From an uncultured delta proteobacterium (lineage in GTDB: Bacteria > Desulfobacterota > BSN033 > UBA1163): DNA of 64,000 bases. The stretch is taken from NCBI GenBank assembly GCA_963708295.1, contig CAVPSJ010000014.1:224001-288000 (forward strand), written 5' to 3'. Under the pieces are notes generated by a model. The model was not told the origin of the DNA, searched no databases, and worked only from the letters and a program-made list of their open reading frames with translations. Of the stretch, positions 49,387-60,547 are shown one piece after another. The translations under genes and the position numbers were made by a program. The first letter of the stretch is position 1. Each line of letters begins with the position of its first letter.

Positions 49387-50331
49387 ATGGCGGTAAATGT
49401 CGTGGAAGATTGGTTGAACGCCTGCTCCGGTTGCGAGATTTCCATTCTCAATATTGGAGACCCCCTGCTGGACCTGTTGCCTCAATTGAACTTTGTCCAC
49501 ATAACGGCCCTGATCGATCACAAGTTTTTTGGTCAGCTGGGCGAGGGGACGGCCATGGAGGTTCCCGAGGCTGTGGTGGGCATCGTGTCCGGCGGCGTCC
49601 GTAACGAAGAGCAAAAACACGAATTACAGGAGATCCGCAAAAAGACCAAGTTTCTCATCTCCCTGGGCAGTTGCGCCTGCTTCGGCGGGGTACCGGCCCA
49701 GGCCAACATGTGGAAAAATGACGATGTCTTTGAAAAGGTGTTTCGCCAAAGCCCTTCCACCAATCCCTCCCCTAACCCGGAAGACCCCAATGTGCCGAAA
49801 TGGACTCCTACCTGCGCCGCGGTGGATGAAGTCGTCAAAGTGGACATCAGCATCCCCGGTTGTCCTCCCCACCCCGACTGGATTGCCGAGGCCGTCACCG
49901 CCCTGCTCCAGGGCAAGACCTCCTGGAGCCTGCCTGAGCGGAGCGTGTGCGACACCTGCCCGGTCATTCGGGAACAGAAGTCAGGCGGCGGCCCGGTCAA
50001 ACGCTGGCTGCAGAACATGGAATTTAACCCGGAAGAGGGCCTGGAGAAGATGCGCTGTATCAACGAGCAGGGTTACCTCTGCATGGGCACGGTGACGCTG
50101 GCAGGCTGCGCCGGCAAAACCGGGGTGCCCCGGTGTATTCAGGCCCGGACTCCCTGCCGGGGCTGTTTCGGACCCATCCGCAAGGGAGCCCAGCCCATGG
50201 TGGATATGATGGGCGCCCTGAGCTCAGTGGGGCTGGACCCCAAATCGATGCTGGATCGGCGGGCCATGATGAACCGTTATATCGGCGGCCATGGCAACCT
50301 GAAGGTGCTGCCGGCGCGACCGGCGAAATGA
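49387..50331 (+). CDS. mvhG: Group 3c-type [NiFe] hydrogenase small subunit
   Basis: WLNACSGCEIS, GSCACFGG, PGCPP, SVCDTC, CRGCFGP; no Tat signal. Confidence 0.88.
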   Translation: MAVNVVEDWLNACSGCEISILNIGDPLLDLLPQLNFVHITALIDHKFFGQLGEGTAMEVPEAVVGIVSGGVRNEEQKHELQEIRKKTKFLISLGSCACFGGVPAQANMWKNDDVFEKVFRQSPSTNPSPNPEDPNVPKWTPTCAAVDEVVKVDISIPGCPPHPDWIAEAVTALLQGKTSWSLPERSVCDTCPVIREQKSGGGPVKRWLQNMEFNPEEGLEKMRCINEQGYLCMGTVTLAGCAGKTGVPRCIQARTPCRGCFGPIRKGAQPMVDMMGALSSVGLDPKSMLDRRAMMNRYIGGHGNLKVLPARPAK

Positions 50332-50344
50332 GGAGGTGAAACGC

Positions 50345-51788
50345 ATGAGCAAAGTGATCAATATTCAGCCAGTAACCCGGATCGAAGGCCACAGCAGGGT
50401 AGCCATCACCCTGGATGATGCAGGCAATGTTGTCGATACCAAGGTTCATGTCCAGACCTTGCGCGGCTTTGAGAAATTTTGCGAAGGTCGGCCGGTAGAG
50501 GAGATGCCCCGGACGGTCTGCCATATCTGCGGCATCTGCCCCTGGGCCCATCACCTGGCCTCCAGCAAAGCGGCGGATGGCTGTTTCGGCGTTACACCGC
50601 CACCGACCGCGGTGAAATTGCGCCGCCTGATGCAGAGCATCGCTTACGTGAGCGATAAAATCCTCAATTTTTACTTTCTGGCGGCTCCCGACTTTGTCAT
50701 CGGTCCCGACGCCGACTATTCGGTGCGCAATGTGGTGGGCATCCTCCAGGCCGCCCCGGACATTGCCAAGAAGGTGGTGCATATGCGCCATTTGGGGGCC
50801 CAGATGCTGGAGGGGTTTGCCGGTCGGGCCATCCATCCCACCTTCTCCGTGCCGGGCGGGGTGAGCAAACCCCTCACCGAAGCCGATCGCGCAGAAGATG
50901 CTTCCCCCGGCCCAGGAGCTGCTGGAGTTCGCCAAGTTCTCCATCAAGTTCGCCAAGGAGAATGTCTTCCCGAAGTACCTGGATGCCATCAAATCCATCG
51001 GCGTCATCAAGGTGGGCTACCTGGGCACCGTGCGGGAGGATGGGGCGCTCGATTTCTATGACGGCAAGCTCCGGATGATGAAGCCGGACGGCTCCTACGA
51101 AGATTTCAAATACGACCAGTACCTGGATTACATCGGCGAATGGGTGGAGTCCTGGTCCTATCAGAAGTTCCCCTACGCCAAAAAATGGGGCAAACTCAAC
51201 CTGTCATTGGAGAACCCCGTCGGGGTGTACCGCACCAACTGTCTGGCCCGTATCAACGTGGCCGACAAGATGGCAACCCCCCTGGCCCAGGCCGAGCTCG
51301 AGGAGTTCCGGGCTGCCTTTGGCCGGCCGGCCCACTACACCTTGCTCTACCACTACGCCCGCCTGATCGAACTCCTGCAGGCGGCGGAAACCGTGGTGGA
51401 ACTCCTGAACGACCCGGAGATCACCAGCACCAATATCCGGGTACCGGTTACGGCCAAAGCGGGCCGGGGCGTGGGTTGCGTCGAGGCCCCCCGGGGCACC
51501 CTGATCCACGATTATGAGTGCGACAATGACGGCCTGATCACCAAGGTGAACCTGATTGTGGGCACGACCCACAACAACGCCGCGATCAATCTCTCGGTGA
51601 ATCAGGCGGCCAAAGAGTTCATCAAAGAGGGCAAGTACGACCAGGGAATCCTGAACAGGGTGGAGATGGCCATACGCGCCTACGACCCCTGACTGAGCTG
51701 CGCCACTCACCGCCTGGATGGCGGTATGGCCATAGATCTCACCATCCTGGATCTCCAGGGCCGGGTGATCGATACTCTCAGTAAGTAA
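50345..51788 (+). CDS. mvhA: [NiFeSe] hydrogenase large subunit; frameshift near 50895, Sec (UGA) at 51690-51692
   Basis: PVTRIEGH, ICGICPWAH (L1), EAPRG, RAYDP-U-LSCATH (L2) followed by a cleavable C-terminal tail. Confidence 0.9.
51709..51725 (+). promoter_or_regulatory. Putative bacterial SECIS hairpin
   Basis: ACCGCC-TGGAT-GGCGGT starting 16 nt after the UGA. Confidence 0.65.
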
Positions 51789-51862
51789 GAATGGTTGGTT
51801 TGGATGGAGGCCGGGGCCGCAGGCGTTGTTACGGAGAGCGGGCCCCCGGCCCAAAGGGGACC

Positions 51863-51903
51863 TGCCCGGCTGGATGGAAGAATGCCCAGCCGGGCACTTT
51901 TTT
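51863..51903 (+). terminator. Rho-independent terminator after mvhA
   Basis: tgcccggctgg ... ccagccgggca followed by T6. Confidence 0.7.
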
Positions 51904-52001
51904 ACCCTGTCACCGACCAAACCTAAATCCTCTCGATCTTCGATCAAAAGGTTTTCTTGCTAAACTTGAGGTCTGGCCGCATTCTTAGCTTGCTCTATTC
52001 C

Positions 52002-52049
52002 ATAGCTATTTCTAATCACCTAAAAATGATTATTTCTGTGGATTGATCC
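52002..52049 (+). promoter_or_regulatory. Putative response-regulator binding box, copy 2
   Basis: atagctatttctaatcacctaaaaatgattatttctgtggattgatcc. Confidence 0.6.
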
Positions 52050-52099
52050 AGAAGTGTCGGTTTGCTACAAAGAAAGCGTTAACAGAGGAGAGACTGTTC

Positions 52100-52501
52100 A
52101 TGGTCCCTTACCGGATTGTCCTGGCAAATGATCATATGCCCCTCCGGGAATGCTTGAAGAGGATTCTGAGGGAAAAATCCGATCTGGAGGTCATCGGGGA
52201 AGCTGAAAGCGGTTCCGAACTCCTTAACCTCTTGAAATTGAGCGAATTAGCTCCCCAGATGGTCATTCTGGACCCGTCCATGCCGAATTTCCACGGAATC
52301 GATACGATCCGTAAAGTGAAGACGATCCACCCTGAAATAAAAGTGCTCATCCTGAGCATGCACAAAGATAAGGAATACCTCAGCCAGGCTATTCTTGAAG
52401 GAGCCGAGGGCTACTTAATCAAAGAGACTGTTGATAAGGAGCTCCTGCCGGCCATTGAAATGATTATGCGGGGAAGAATCTATGTTCCTCCTTTCCCCTG
52501 A
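52100..52501 (+). CDS. Receiver-domain-only response regulator (paralogue of 48505-49155)
   Basis: PYRIVLANDH..ILDPSMP..MHKDKEYL..GYLIKE; ends before the HTH. Confidence 0.8.
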   Translation: MVPYRIVLANDHMPLRECLKRILREKSDLEVIGEAESGSELLNLLKLSELAPQMVILDPSMPNFHGIDTIRKVKTIHPEIKVLILSMHKDKEYLSQAILEGAEGYLIKETVDKELLPAIEMIMRGRIYVPPFP

Positions 52502-52574
52502 AAAGATTCTAAATTTCGCAACGAGACTTCGACAGGGAAAAGAAAGAAAAACTTAACTGGAGGGGTAATCCAAC

Positions 52575-52772
52575 ATGCCCAGTGATGCGATTCTAATGAA
52601 CGGAAAGAAGTTTATGTGGGATGGCGTTGATTATCCGGATGGAGAAAAAGCTTCGGAGAAGACGCAGAAGTACAAAGCGGAAGGGTTCGAAGTTGAGGTA
52701 TACGAAGAGGAAGGAAAAACTTACCTTTACACGAGAAGAGTTGTCAAACATGTTGTTGTCTCCAACGCTTAG
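52575..52772 (+). CDS. Small hypothetical protein (65 aa)
   Basis: GGAGG RBS; GKKFMWDG..Y..YLYTRRVV. Confidence 0.75.
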   Translation: MPSDAILMNGKKFMWDGVDYPDGEKASEKTQKYKAEGFEVEVYEEEGKTYLYTRRVVKHVVVSNA

Positions 52773-52854
52773 GATTTCTAATCTAGATCGGAAGACTCTA
52801 TCAGGGATTTGGATTTCGTCGTGGGAGTCCTCGTTTGGGGGTTAGAGAGACGCT

Positions 52855-53449
52855 ATGCAATCCACGGATGAAATAAACGAAGACATCCTTGTTCTGGGAT
52901 GCGGAAATATCCTTTTCGGTGATGACGGCTTCGGATCTTCCGTGGCGGAGCATCTCCAAAGCTGTAGCCTTCTCCCGGAGAATGTCTCGGTCATCAATGC
53001 AGGAACAAGCGTGAGAGAAATTCTCTTTGATCTTATCCTCAGCGAGCAGAGGCCCAGAAGAGTCATCGTCATCGATGCCGTCGACGCAAAAAGGAGGCCG
53101 GGAGAGATATTCAGAATCGATCTCGACGAGATTGCCGAAAAATAAGATCGATGACTTCACCCTTCATGAGATGCCCACTTCAAATCTGCTGAGGGAGTTG
53201 AGAGATTTCTGTCATGTTGAAGTGGTCATCATCGCCGGCCAGGTCGAGTCCATCCCGGAAGCGGTCAGGCCGGGGTTGTCGGAGGCGTTAGCCAGAAGCG
53301 TGCCTGTTGCCGTAGAGGAAGTCTTGAAATTGTGTCACGAACCGTGCGGAAACCCTGCGAGATCAAGTTCGGAGGGGGATTGTTCCACGAGGGAGAATAC
53401 AAGAGTTTCTGGATTCAGAGGAGTGACCATCAGAAAGGAGTGGCAGTAA
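52855..53449 (+). CDS. Hydrogenase maturation protease (frameshift near 53140)
   Basis: VLGCGNILFGDDGFG, IDAVD, TLHEMP. Confidence 0.88.
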
Positions 53450-54617
53450 TGAGTTATGATTGCGACCCGACACTGCTGGCTGAAGTTCGGAAATATGGGA
53501 AAGTTTGACGTGGCAGGTTGTTTTAACTGTGGGAGCTGCGTCCTGAGCTGCGATCTGGCAGGAGATCATGCCTCCTTTCCAAGGAGGTCGACCCGCCACG
53601 TATTGATGGGCCTGAGAAAACTCCTTAACGAGAGCCTGGACCCATGGATCTGTCACGACTGTGGCGACTGTGCGACTGTCTGCCCCCGACAGACAGAGCC
53701 TCGGAAGTCGATGAAGACGCTGCGACGCTATCTGGCTTCGGTTTACGACTGGACAGGGATTGCAGCCAAGATCAACAGCTCCAAGGCTTGGCACATCGGG
53801 ACCCTTGCGTTCGTGGCAATTCTGGTGCTGGTGCTCATCGGCCTTTACCATGTCTACGTTGTGAAAATGCCTCTTTATGGATTTTGCTTCAACCTCCATG
53901 GGGTTGGAGCACATGTTTCCCTTGATGACCTACTTCACCCTGGTGGTGATCCTCTTCCCTCTGTTGATCCTGATGACCAACGCCTTTCGCATGTACCTCT
54001 TCACCGTCCACCGGAAGGAGATCATCAAGACACCCCCTTCCCAGTGGCTTATCGAAGCCAAGATATTTCATGCTCCACTTCTTCACTTACAAAAAGATGG
54101 CGGAATGTCCGACCGAAAAGGGTCGATGGTTCAAGCACATGTTCCTCGCTTCCGGATGCCTGGGCATGCTCGTTCTGCTTGTCTTCTGGGTGAGATGGTT
54201 TCAAACCGATAAGATCTATCCCGTTTACTCACCCCCAGCGATGGATCGGCTATGTCGCTGCGGCCTTTCTGATCTTTGGCACGGTTGACATTCTGGTCGG
54301 CCGCCTCAAGAAAGAGAAGGAGATCCACAAGACCTCCGATTTCAGGGATTGGACGTTTCCGATCTTGCTGCTGGCAACGACGGTGAGCGGAATCGTGGTC
54401 CACATCCTCAGGGTTTCCGGACTTGAGCTGGCCACCCATTACAGCTACGCCATTCACATAATGATCTCTGTCCCCATGCTGGTCATTGAAATGCCTTTCG
54501 GAAAATGGACCCATATGATCTACCGTCCGTTGGCCCTTTACTTTCAATCACTCAAGAGAGAGGACCCTGGAGCAGCAGGTGTCCTCGGAGGGGGTTCCTG
54601 AGTATGTCACCTCATGA
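53449..54617 (+). CDS. QmoC-like protein (HdrC-type 2[4Fe-4S] N-domain plus membrane heme-b domain); several frameshifts
   Basis: [27 protein letters not shown], several TM helices, [14 protein letters not shown]. Confidence 0.78.
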
Positions 54618-57600
54618 AACTCAAGACGAAAAAGGTTGGCGCAGCATTCATCGTCGGCGGCGGAATCGGCGGGATGCAGGCTGCCCTCGACCTGGCGGCG
54701 TGCGGCATCAAGGTCTATCTCGCCGAGAACAAGCCTTCGATCGGCGGCGTCATGTCTCAACTGGACAAGACCTTTCCCACCAATGATTGTGCCATGTGTA
54801 CCCAGGCGCCCGAGGCTGGTCGAGATCGGCAGGCACAAGGATATTGAGATCCTTTCCCTGAGTGAGGTGGAAAGCGTGAAGGGAGAGCCGGGAAATTTCC
54901 AGGTCACCCTCAGGAAAAGGCCCCGCTATGTGGATATCAACAAGTGCACCGGGTGTGGTCTCTGTTTCCCCAGTTGTCCGGTCGTCATGAAGAATGAGTT
55001 CGATCTCGGATTATCGGAACGGAAAGCGATCTACACCCTCTTTCCTCAGGCTGTGCCGAACAAGGCGGCGATCGACAAGCGGGAGGAGCGCCCCTGCAAG
55101 GCCGCTTGCATGGATCGCTGCCCTGTCCATACCAACGTGCTCGGTTATGTCAAGCTCATTGCCGAAGGCAAGTTCCAGGAAGCCTATCAGATGAACCGGC
55201 ATGTCAATCCCCTTCCCTCTGTCTGCGGCAGGGTCTGTTACGCCCCGTGCGAGGAGGCCTGCAACCGGGGACAACTGGAAGAACCGATCGCCATTCGCCA
55301 ACTGAAGATGTTCGTTGCCGATCAGGTCAATATCGATGAACTTCCCGTTCCCCAGATCACAAAAACGGGCAAGAAGGTGGCCGTCATCGGCGCCGGACCC
55401 GGCCGGTCTGGCGGCGGCCAACGATCTCGCGTTGGAGGGACATGAGGTCACCATCTTCGAAGCCCAGCCGGAACCCGGAGGCATGCTGCGTTACGGCATT
55501 CCTGAATACCGGCTGCCCAAAGAGACACTGGGCAAGGAGATCAACTACATCCAGAAACTTGGGGTGGAGATCAAGACCGGCGTTCGAGGTGGGCAAAGAC
55601 ATCTCCCTTGGCGATATCCAGAAGGATCACCAGGCCGTTTTCATCGGAGTCGGCGCCCAGGGAGGCATGAAATTAGAAGCAGAAGGATCGGACCTTCCGG
55701 GCGTGACGGATGGAATCAAGTTCCTTCAGGCCGTCAACCTGGGTGAGAAGGTTCAGGTCGGGAAGAAGGTCGCCGTCATCGGGGGAGGGAATACGGCCAT
55801 TGACTGCGCCCGGACAGCCAAACGCCTGGGAGCGGGAGGAGGTGAGGATTGTCTACCGTCGCTCCCGTGCCGAAATGCCCGCTTCGGAAGAAGAGATCGA
55901 GGCTGTGGAGAAAGAAGGGATTAAGATCGATTATCTGACCTTGCCCAAACGATTCTTCTCCGAAGGCGGAAGACTTTCAGGAATGGAGTGCATCGGGATG
56001 ACGCTCGGCGACCCGGATGCCAGCGGCCGGCGTCGGCCGATTCCTGTTCCTGGTTCTGAAGCCACCGTGTCGGTGGACACCGTGATCGCTGCCCTCGGAC
56101 AAGTGACACAGGTTGAGTTCTTGAAAGAACTGGGGGTATCTCTGACCAAAAACGGCACGGTCGAAATTGATCCAAAGACAGGGGCGACGAACATCGAAGG
56201 GATATTTGCGGGTGGAGACGTTGTCACAGGAGCGGCTTATGTCATCGATGCCATTGCAGCGGGGAAAAGAGCCGCACGTTCGATCAGCCGGTATCTGAAG
56301 GGTGAACCGATCGAGATCGCGGAGGAGGAGAAACAACCTGAAAAACTGACCGAGAAGGAAGTCGCTGCCTTGAAACAGCGTTTTCCTTCTCAAAAGCGGG
56401 TGGAGATGGGAGAAGTCCCTGTAGCGAAGAGGATCAACAACTTCCAGGAGGTGGCCCTGGGGTTCAAGCCTCAGGAAGCCGTTGCAGAAGCGATGCGGTG
56501 TCTGGCGGGTCAGATTGAGGGATGCATCGAATGCGGCGAGTGCGAACGGCGTTGCGAGGCCAAGGCCATCGATTATGGGCAGAAAGAAGAAAACATTGAA
56601 TTGAACGTGGGCGCGATCATTCTGTCCCCCGGATACGAGCTTTTTGACGCAAAAGCCAAACCGGAATTCGGTTACGGCCGTTTTCCGAATGTCGTCAGCG
56701 CCATCGAATTTGAGAGAATCCTCTCCGCTTCAGGGCCCTATTCCGGAAAAGTGTTGAGACCTTCCGACAAGAAGGTCCCCAAACGGATCGCCTTCATTCA
56801 GTGTGTCGGGTCCCGAGATTCTGAAAGGGATTATCTGTTCCTCCATCTGCTGCATGTATGCGACGAAGGAGGCCATCATCGCCAAGGAACATGCCGGGTG
56901 AGGATTTGCAGTGTGACGTATTCTTGATGGACATGCGGGCCTTCAGCAAGGGATTCGAGGAATATTATGAAAGGGCAAAGCAACTCGGGGTAAACTACAT
57001 CCGGTGTCGTCCGGCCTCCAGTTGAAGAGAGACCTGAAACCCGGAATCTCGTCATTCAATACCTGATTGAAGACGAGAAGAAGGTCTCCCGGGAATACGA
57101 TATGGTGGTTCTGTCCACCGGCGTGCAGCCCCCGCAGGATGCGGACAGAATTTCCAAAACCTTCGGAATGGATTTGAATGAGTATCATTTCTGCAAGACC
57201 TCGACGTTTCGGCCGGTCGAATCCAATCGGGAGGGGATCTATGTCGCCGGACCCTTCGCGGAACCGAAGGATATCCCCGAAACGGTCATGGAGGCATCGG
57301 GCGCGGCATCAAAGGTTCTATCGCTTCTGAAGGACGTCAGGGGCAGTCTGATCGTGCAGAAAGAATTTCCCCCGGAGAGAGACGTCACGGGCGAGGATCC
57401 GAGAATCGGGGTCTTTGTCTGCCATTGCGGGTCGAATATCGGCGGATTTGTCAATGTTCCGGACGTGGTTGAATACGCAAAGACCCTTCCGAATGTGGTC
57501 TATGCAGAGAATAATCTCTACACCTGCTCAAACGATACGCAGGAAAAGATCAAAGAAAAAATAGAAGAGCATCGCTTAAACCGCGTGGTCGTTGCCTCAT

Positions 57601-59105
57601 GCACCCCTCGAACCCATGAACCTCTTTTCAGAAACACCCTCCGGGAGGCGGGGCTCAACCCTTACCTCTTTGAGATGGCGAACATCAGAGACCAGTGTTC
57701 CTGGGTGCATATGCACGAACACGAAAAGGCCACCCTCAAATCAAAGGACCTGGTGAGAATGGCCGTCGCAAAGGCAAGGCTTCTCGAACCCCTTCAGACA
57801 AGGTCGGTTCCCATCACGAAATCGGCCCTTGTCATCGGCGCTGGACTTTCCGGAATGACCTCTGCCCTGGGACTGGCCAATCAGGGTTTTGATGTCTATC
57901 TGGTGGAGAGGGAAAAAGAGATTGGGCGGCCACCTCAGGAATATCCATTACCTGATCGACGGGACAAAACTTCACGAGGAATTCAGATCGCTCAGGAAAC
58001 AGGTGAAAGGAGAATAACAGGATTCATCTATTTACGCAGGCGAAAATCGAAAAGATCGAAGGCTCCATCGGCCATTTCAAGACAAAGATCGCGATGAACG
58101 GGACATCCAAGGAATTCGAGCACGGAACGGTCATTGTCGCAACGGGTGCAAAGGAGTATCAGCCCAAGGAATATCTGTATGGAGAGGATGAAAGGGTCAT
58201 GACACAACTGGAACTGGAGCGACGGCTGGTCGTGGTTGATGACTTTATTTCATCGCCCGGGAAAGGGCCCCGGAACCGTCGTCATGATTCAATGCGTGGG
58301 CTCCCGCGATGACGAAAGGCCCTACTGCTCGAGGTTATGCTGCACCGAAGCGGTGAAGAATGCTCTGAAAATAAAAGAACTCTCTCCGACGAGCAATGTC
58401 TACGTTCTCTACCGGGACGTAAGAACGTATGGATTTAAAGAAAGCTATTACACGAAAGCAAGACAGCAAGGGGTCGTGTTCATCAGATACGATAAGGATA
58501 AGAAACCGGAGGTTTCAAAAAATGGGAAGGCATTAAAGGTTCATGTCTATGACCAGACGCTGGGAATTCCGGTCGACGATCTCCGCCAATCTGGTCGTGC
58601 TGTCGGCAGGGATCGTTCCAAACGAGGACAGCAAGACCATCGCCCAATTCTTGAAAATCCCGTTGAACAAAGATGGGTTCTTCCTCGAGGCCCATATGAA
58701 ATTACGGCCCATCGATTTTGCCACCGACGGAGTCTTCCTGGCCGGCATGGCTCACTTCCCGAAAGCCATCGAAGAGAGCATCGTCCAGGCCCAGGCCGCA
58801 TCCGCAAGAGCGGCCACCGTCCTTTCAAAGGATCGTATCGAGCTGGAAGGGAATATCTCCTTCGTGGTGGATGAGAACTGCGACGGCTGCGCCTACTGCG
58901 TGGATACCTGTCCTTACAAAGCGATTACGTTGTTGGAATACATGAGAGGAGGATGCCGTCAAGAAGACGGTTGAAGTGAATGAGACGGTGTGCAAGGGCT
59001 GCGGGTGCTGCATGGCCACCTGTCCGAAGAAAGGGAATATTTGTGAAGGGATTTAAATTGGAACAGATCTCGGCTCAAGTCAATGCTGCCTTGGGGGTGG
59101 AATGA
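54614..59105 (+). CDS. Large HdrA-family flavoprotein with inserted GltD/NfnB-like NAD(P)H oxidoreductase domain (HdrL/BamE-like); many frameshifts
   Basis: [56 protein letters not shown] twice, [17 protein letters not shown], terminal ferredoxin motifs. Confidence 0.85.
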
Positions 59106-59520
59106 TGAACGAAACATTTTGATCCTTTGATCATCGGTTTTTGCTGCAATTGGTGTTCCTATGCTGGAGCGGATCTGGCAGGCGTTTCCAGGATTCAGTA
59201 TCCGACGAGCTTAAGAATCGTCAGGGTGATGTGCTCGGGCATGGTCCATCCCGAACCTGGTGATCGATGCCCTGACCAAGGGGGCCGACGGGGTCTTGAT
59301 CTGCGGATGTCACATCGGGGACTGCCATTACCAGGAAGGCAATTTGAAGGCGGAAAAGAGGGCCGAGGCCATAAGACTGATGTTGGAGGATTTCGGGATT
59401 GAGAACGAAAGATTCAGATTGGAATGGGTTTCCGCGGCCGAGGGCCCGAGGTTCGCCCAGGTGGTTCAGGAATTCACGGAACAGGTAAAGCAATTAGGGC
59501 CCAGTTCGTACAAGACGTAA
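59105..59520 (+). CDS. mvhD: MvhD/FlpD-type [2Fe-2S] subunit (frameshifts)
   Basis: [34 protein letters not shown]. Confidence 0.9.
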
Positions 59521-59716
59521 GCGGGAATGTTTACTCATCCTTCGCCTCCAGTCCAGATCCGGTCAAAATCGACGAGATTGAGAAGTTTCGTAAGGACTCA
59601 GATTGTCATCCCTAAAAATGTTGATACGATGACTTCAGCAGTAAGAAATACATCTGTAATATGCGTTTAATCCATCGATAATATTCTTAACTTCTCTCCG
59701 ACGAAACTGACTCTTT

Positions 59717-60199
59717 ATGGGGGGGAAAAGGGTGAAGATATTATCTGTAGTTATTCTTGCTGGTTTTTTTATGCTTTTTATTTTGACTTCCCCACAAGCA
59801 GAAGGACCGAATTGGAAATTATACTGCACGTCAGATGATATTTTGTATCTCTATGATGCAAGAAGCATGACCAAGTCTAAGGGTATTCTAAAAGTCTCGG
59901 AAAAATCAGTTGCCCGAGAGACAAAACAGTATAATTATCCCCAAGCACTTATAAAGATCGAAAAAGAGGGTTCTGGCAAAATGAATGACGAATTACGTAA
60001 AAGGACGATAGATGGGTTGGCGCTTCAGGTAACCAGACGTTTATATGAAATTAGATGCTCCCTCAAAACGTATCGAATGATTACAGGGATGAAGTATGAC
60101 AATGAGGGGATTTTGATCGATAGTGTCACATCTCTGAAATGGCAAAGCATTGAACCTGGCTCAATCATTGAAAGACTCTATAATGAAGTTTGCCATTAA
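59717..60199 (+). CDS. Secreted hypothetical protein (possibly surface-adhesin-E-like)
   Basis: Signal peptide; WKLY..YLYD..EIRC..W.SIEPGS; AT-rich. Confidence 0.6.
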   Translation: MGGKRVKILSVVILAGFFMLFILTSPQAEGPNWKLYCTSDDILYLYDARSMTKSKGILKVSEKSVARETKQYNYPQALIKIEKEGSGKMNDELRKRTIDGLALQVTRRLYEIRCSLKTYRMITGMKYDNEGILIDSVTSLKWQSIEPGSIIERLYNEVCH

Positions 60200-60547
60200 A
60201 ATGCATGATAGTTTGAACAAACTGAAACGTTGATGGATCAGATTTCACTTTCTTTCTTCCTTCCCTGGACCCGCTAACCTTTGCACCATTGCTTAAGAAT
60301 TCTTCCCATGTCTTGCCTGTGAAGAGGTCTCACCCATATTTTCTCCCCGCCATGACTTATCTCCTAATGTGCAGAAGTGGGTACAGGAGGCTTGACACCC
60401 AATCGCAGTGTGCTAAATCAGGAACGGGGTATCAATGAGGATCGGAGACAGCTTAGGGAAAAGAGCTTAGGAAAAAGCTTGGGAAAAAAACATTGACATC
60501 CAGAGGGGCCTGTGGTATTCAGGTTTCCATCCTTAGTAAGGCGGGGA

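Noticed and set aside
54614-59520. Selenocysteine in the HdrA-like protein or MvhD
   Set aside because: The relevant motifs (NDCAMC, CNWCSY, GDCHY) use TGT/TGC; stops in the ORF track are explained by frameshifts.
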